From: an uncultured Gemmatimonadales bacterium
GTDB lineage: Bacteria; Gemmatimonadota; Gemmatimonadetes; Longimicrobiales; RSA9
DNA: 64,000 nt
NCBI GenBank assembly: GCA_963741945.1
Contig: CAVUKA010000007.1
Span: forward strand, 1-64,000
Reading direction: 5' to 3'
Part shown: positions 61,460 to 64,000 of the stretch, one piece after another
How the letters are laid out: each line of letters starts with the position of its first letter
Numbering within the stretch: the first letter of the stretch is position 1
Notes under the pieces: generated by a model
Seen by the model: the letters and a program-made list of their open reading frames with translations, nothing else
What the model was told of the DNA's origin: nothing
The model's database searches: none
Made by a program: the position numbers and the translations under genes

Positions 61460-61707
61460 CAATCACGCTCCAAGTCATCCACGGGGCGGCCGACAGGCAC
61501 CTCTGGTCTCGGAGCTACCGGCGGCCGCTGCGAGACATCCTGAGCCTGCAGGCGGAGGTCGCCCGGGCCATCGCCAATGAAATAGGGGCCGCCCTCATTC
61601 CGGCGGCCCGGGGGCGCCTCACGGCGGCGCAACCGGTGGACCCGGCTCTACCCTTTTTCGCCGTGGCAGCGCTGGGCGTATGGGGCGTGGCGCGTCTGAC
61701 CCCGTGA
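61460..61707 (+). pseudogene. Fragment of a TolB-like/TPR signalling protein
   Basis: ITLQVIHGAADRHLWSRSY.RPL.DILSLQAEVARAIA.EI resembles the TolB-like linker of kinase/cyclase-TPR proteins; no N-terminal domain and no TPRs. Confidence 0.55.
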
Positions 61708-61744
61708 CGGGAGCAAGACACGTGACACTGGGTGAAGCTTGCCC

Positions 61745-62737
61745 TTATTCGGGGCCGTTGGAACCAGGTGCTGGAGCCGCCAGTCTGGTAAGCAGGTTGC
61801 GCAGGATTTCGACATGAGAGCGAGCTTCCCTCGCCCTCGCTATGAGGCTCTCTCCAGTGTGGCCCCGAACCATCTCCTCCAGCATGCCGCTTCTCTCCTG
61901 TAGTGCCCGTAGCGCGATCCAGAGTGCCTGCTCGACAGAGTCATCCTTCGCCTCCGCCAGTGCTTCCATGGTGTAAGCGTGGCCGACGAGGCAGCGAAAC
62001 CTCTGTACGTCCGGGTCCTCCAGCTCTCGTATCGGCCCGTCGCAATCGGGGCAGCTGAAATCGGTGGAGCGGCTGGGTAACTCTCTCCAGTCGTCGGACA
62101 TGGCACGCTCGTTCAAATGGGCTTCAATACGGAGGATCTCGGGGACGGGTGGTGGCTCGGGTGCTCCCTCCCGGCACAACCGACCGAGTAACGCTGACAT
62201 CTCTTCGAGGGAGACCACCTGCGCCTCGGCGGCAGCCGCGATGGCATTTAGAGGCATTTGAGGGTGGGCCGCCTCGTCTGGATCCTGCACTACTGCGATC
62301 CCGCCACATCGATGCACCGCAGAGAGGCCGGCCGCGCCGTCGCTCTGGAGGCCGCTCAGGATGACGCCGATCACACGGCTGCGATGATGAACCGCTGCGG
62401 TTCTGAAGAGCGGATCAATCGCCGGTCGAGCGCGGTTCTCCCGGGGTCCGAAGCGGACCCGCACTGCGTCAGGTGCCACGAGCATGTGCCGGTCGGGCGG
62501 GGCGACCAGTATCCCGCCTGGCTTCAGAGGATCTCCGTCAGCGGCCATGCGGGCAGGCAGGCCTCCCCTCCTGTCGAGGATCTGCGCGAGCTGCCCGCCG
62601 GAGGACGGAGAGGTGTGCTGGACGACCAGGACGGCGGCCGGAAGATCGGCCGGGAGACCGGCGACGAGTGCGGAAAGCGCCTCAACACCCCCAAGGGAGG
62701 CGCCGATCACGACCAGGTCTCTCGTATCGTTGCTCAT
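61745..62737 (-). CDS. cheB: Stand-alone CheB-type methylesterase with C-terminal Cys/His domain
   Basis: IGASLGG, VQH, RPAIDPLFRT, LSG..SDG triad motifs; CPDC...CLVGH tail; no receiver domain. Confidence 0.85.
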   Translation of the reverse strand: MSNDTRDLVVIGASLGGVEALSALVAGLPADLPAAVLVVQHTSPSSGGQLAQILDRRGGLPARMAADGDPLKPGGILVAPPDRHMLVAPDAVRVRFGPRENRARPAIDPLFRTAAVHHRSRVIGVILSGLQSDGAAGLSAVHRCGGIAVVQDPDEAAHPQMPLNAIAAAAEAQVVSLEEMSALLGRLCREGAPEPPPVPEILRIEAHLNERAMSDDWRELPSRSTDFSCPDCDGPIRELEDPDVQRFRCLVGHAYTMEALAEAKDDSVEQALWIALRALQERSGMLEEMVRGHTGESLIARAREARSHVEILRNLLTRLAAPAPGSNGPE

Positions 62738-62856
62738 CGCCACGGCCAGGGTACCAGGTTCGGGATCGGCTTCAGCGGTCTCTGCCGCTAGGGTTCTGCA
62801 TTACTGCCACGCAAGCTACGCTCCCACTGTCGCCCTGTTGCCCCCTCCCCGCTGGG

Positions 62857-63396
62857 TCAGCTCGAGCCGGCAGACGGTGTCCACCGCACGGGAGGACTCT
62901 CGTCGCGTGCGGCGGCTTGGAGCGGGGGGAGTACCATCGCCCGAACCCTCACAACCGCGTCACGAAATCGGCCCGGAGCCCCGTCGTGAGCTCTCGATCG
63001 TTCGAGAAAGGCGGACCATTGCCTCTGGGCATCCAGGTCGTCGGCGAACGCTTCGCCGAGTCCGGCCGGCACCCCGTCCGGCAGATCCGTCCCGCGGTGA
63101 GCGAACGTCTCGCGAATCTGCTCGAACAGGATAGATCCGTCGAATTGCCGCTCGCTCGCGAGTACCGTGAGATCGAAGTAGTCTTTGAAGCGGCTGGTGA
63201 CAATCCCGAAGCGGACAATCGCCTCGACCTTCTCCGCTACGGCGGTTTCGGCCGTGTAGGCGGCAAGGCAGGGAGCTGAGAAGCCCAGAAGCGAGGGAAG
63301 CTCGACCTCCTCCGGCTCGACCACGATCGCGTCGCCGTAGCCAATGTCCACCTGCGCAGTCACCCGTGCGCTACCCACCCGCGCCTCCACCCCCAT
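62857..63396 (-). pseudogene. N-terminally truncated AbiEii/AbiGii-family nucleotidyltransferase toxin
   Basis: QVDIGYGD, AY..ETAVAEK.EAI, SRFKDYFDL, TF.HRGT; the N-terminal catalytic region is missing. Confidence 0.75.
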
Positions 63397-63530
63397 CCAG
63401 GCTTCGGCCGTCAGGCGCCGCGCCGACGGTCAGGTGTCGCCAAGGAGTGGTAGCGGCTGAAGCTACTCCCCTATGATGGATTCACGGCCTGGTGAGGGCC
63501 CTTCACAATCAGAGACGACGGAGGCGAAGA

Positions 63531-63961
63531 ATGACCATGCGCAAGTACGAGATCCGCTTGGTCGACGGGCTGATCCACTTCCACGGACGAGAGCTCGCCC
63601 AGAAGCGCGGACGAGTGGCGGTGCCCGACGGAACGCCCGCTCGTATGACCGTCACCGTGTACAGTCGACAGAACGCGAAGGATTCATAAGGGAGGACATC
63701 CGACTGGGCGGTCGGACGTTCACCTTCGTACACCGGATCCATCCCGGCACATCCCTGTCCTGGAACGCGCCAGACTGGATGCCGGCTGGTCCCGATTTGC
63801 TGGGCGAAACGTGGGACATGGCCTGCCGGGTCGATGAGAGGCTCCGACCGGTCAGGAAATGGACCCCCACCGGTGACCACGAGGAATTCAGGGTCCCGAC
63901 CGGTGACGGGACCTATCTCGTGGTCCGCGCGGGGGCCATCCCTACGAACGGACCAGGCTGA
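63531..63961 (+). CDS. Hypothetical protein, probable frameshift near 63680
   Basis: GGAGG RBS before the ATG at 63531 (MTMRKYEIRL...); the frame continues in ORF 63473..63961 (GFIREDIRL...) if one G is added at gcgaaggattc. Confidence 0.4.
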
Positions 63962-64000
63962 GAACCCGTGGTGACCTGATCCGCCTCATGATGCCTGGCG

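Overview
Very GC-rich bacterial chromosomal window (roughly 70% GC by eye). The gene repertoire and style suggest Gemmatimonadota/Longimicrobiales, which is an inference. The first ~34 kb is mostly core: a partial tRNA, a J-domain/RCC1 fusion, a frameshifted surface lipoprotein plus beta-barrel OMP, upp, a MoxR-DUF58-Bat operon, an uncharacterised 550-aa Rossmann enzyme, M50 protease-scpA-scpB-rluB, rpsT, pyrR-pyrB-pyrC-yhaM, an NhaC-family transporter, an AttEFH-like ABC/lipocalin module, and gltX-tRNA-Gln-lexA-like-tadA-2-hydroxyacid dehydrogenase-VOC. From 34 to 64 kb it is more accessory: a two-permease RND/TolC system, MscS, a Met-rich lipoprotein, a Cys-cluster MarR-thioesterase-ung operon, small ORFs with structured leaders, CDF, OmpA, a MOT-type transporter, a CusCBA-like pump, GT9 and flippase-like genes, an orphan CheB and an AbiEii remnant. 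The most striking candidate system is a sigma70-type promoter driving tRNA-Gln(CTG). The tRNA's own 3' strand contains AGGAGG 7 nt upstream of the ATG of a LexA-like repressor that begins 2 nt after the tRNA discriminator. That LexA has lost its Ala-Gly cleavage site and catalytic Lys, which suggests control through tRNA folding or processing rather than RecA cleavage (hypothesis). Several single-base frameshifts look like sequencing or consensus indels.
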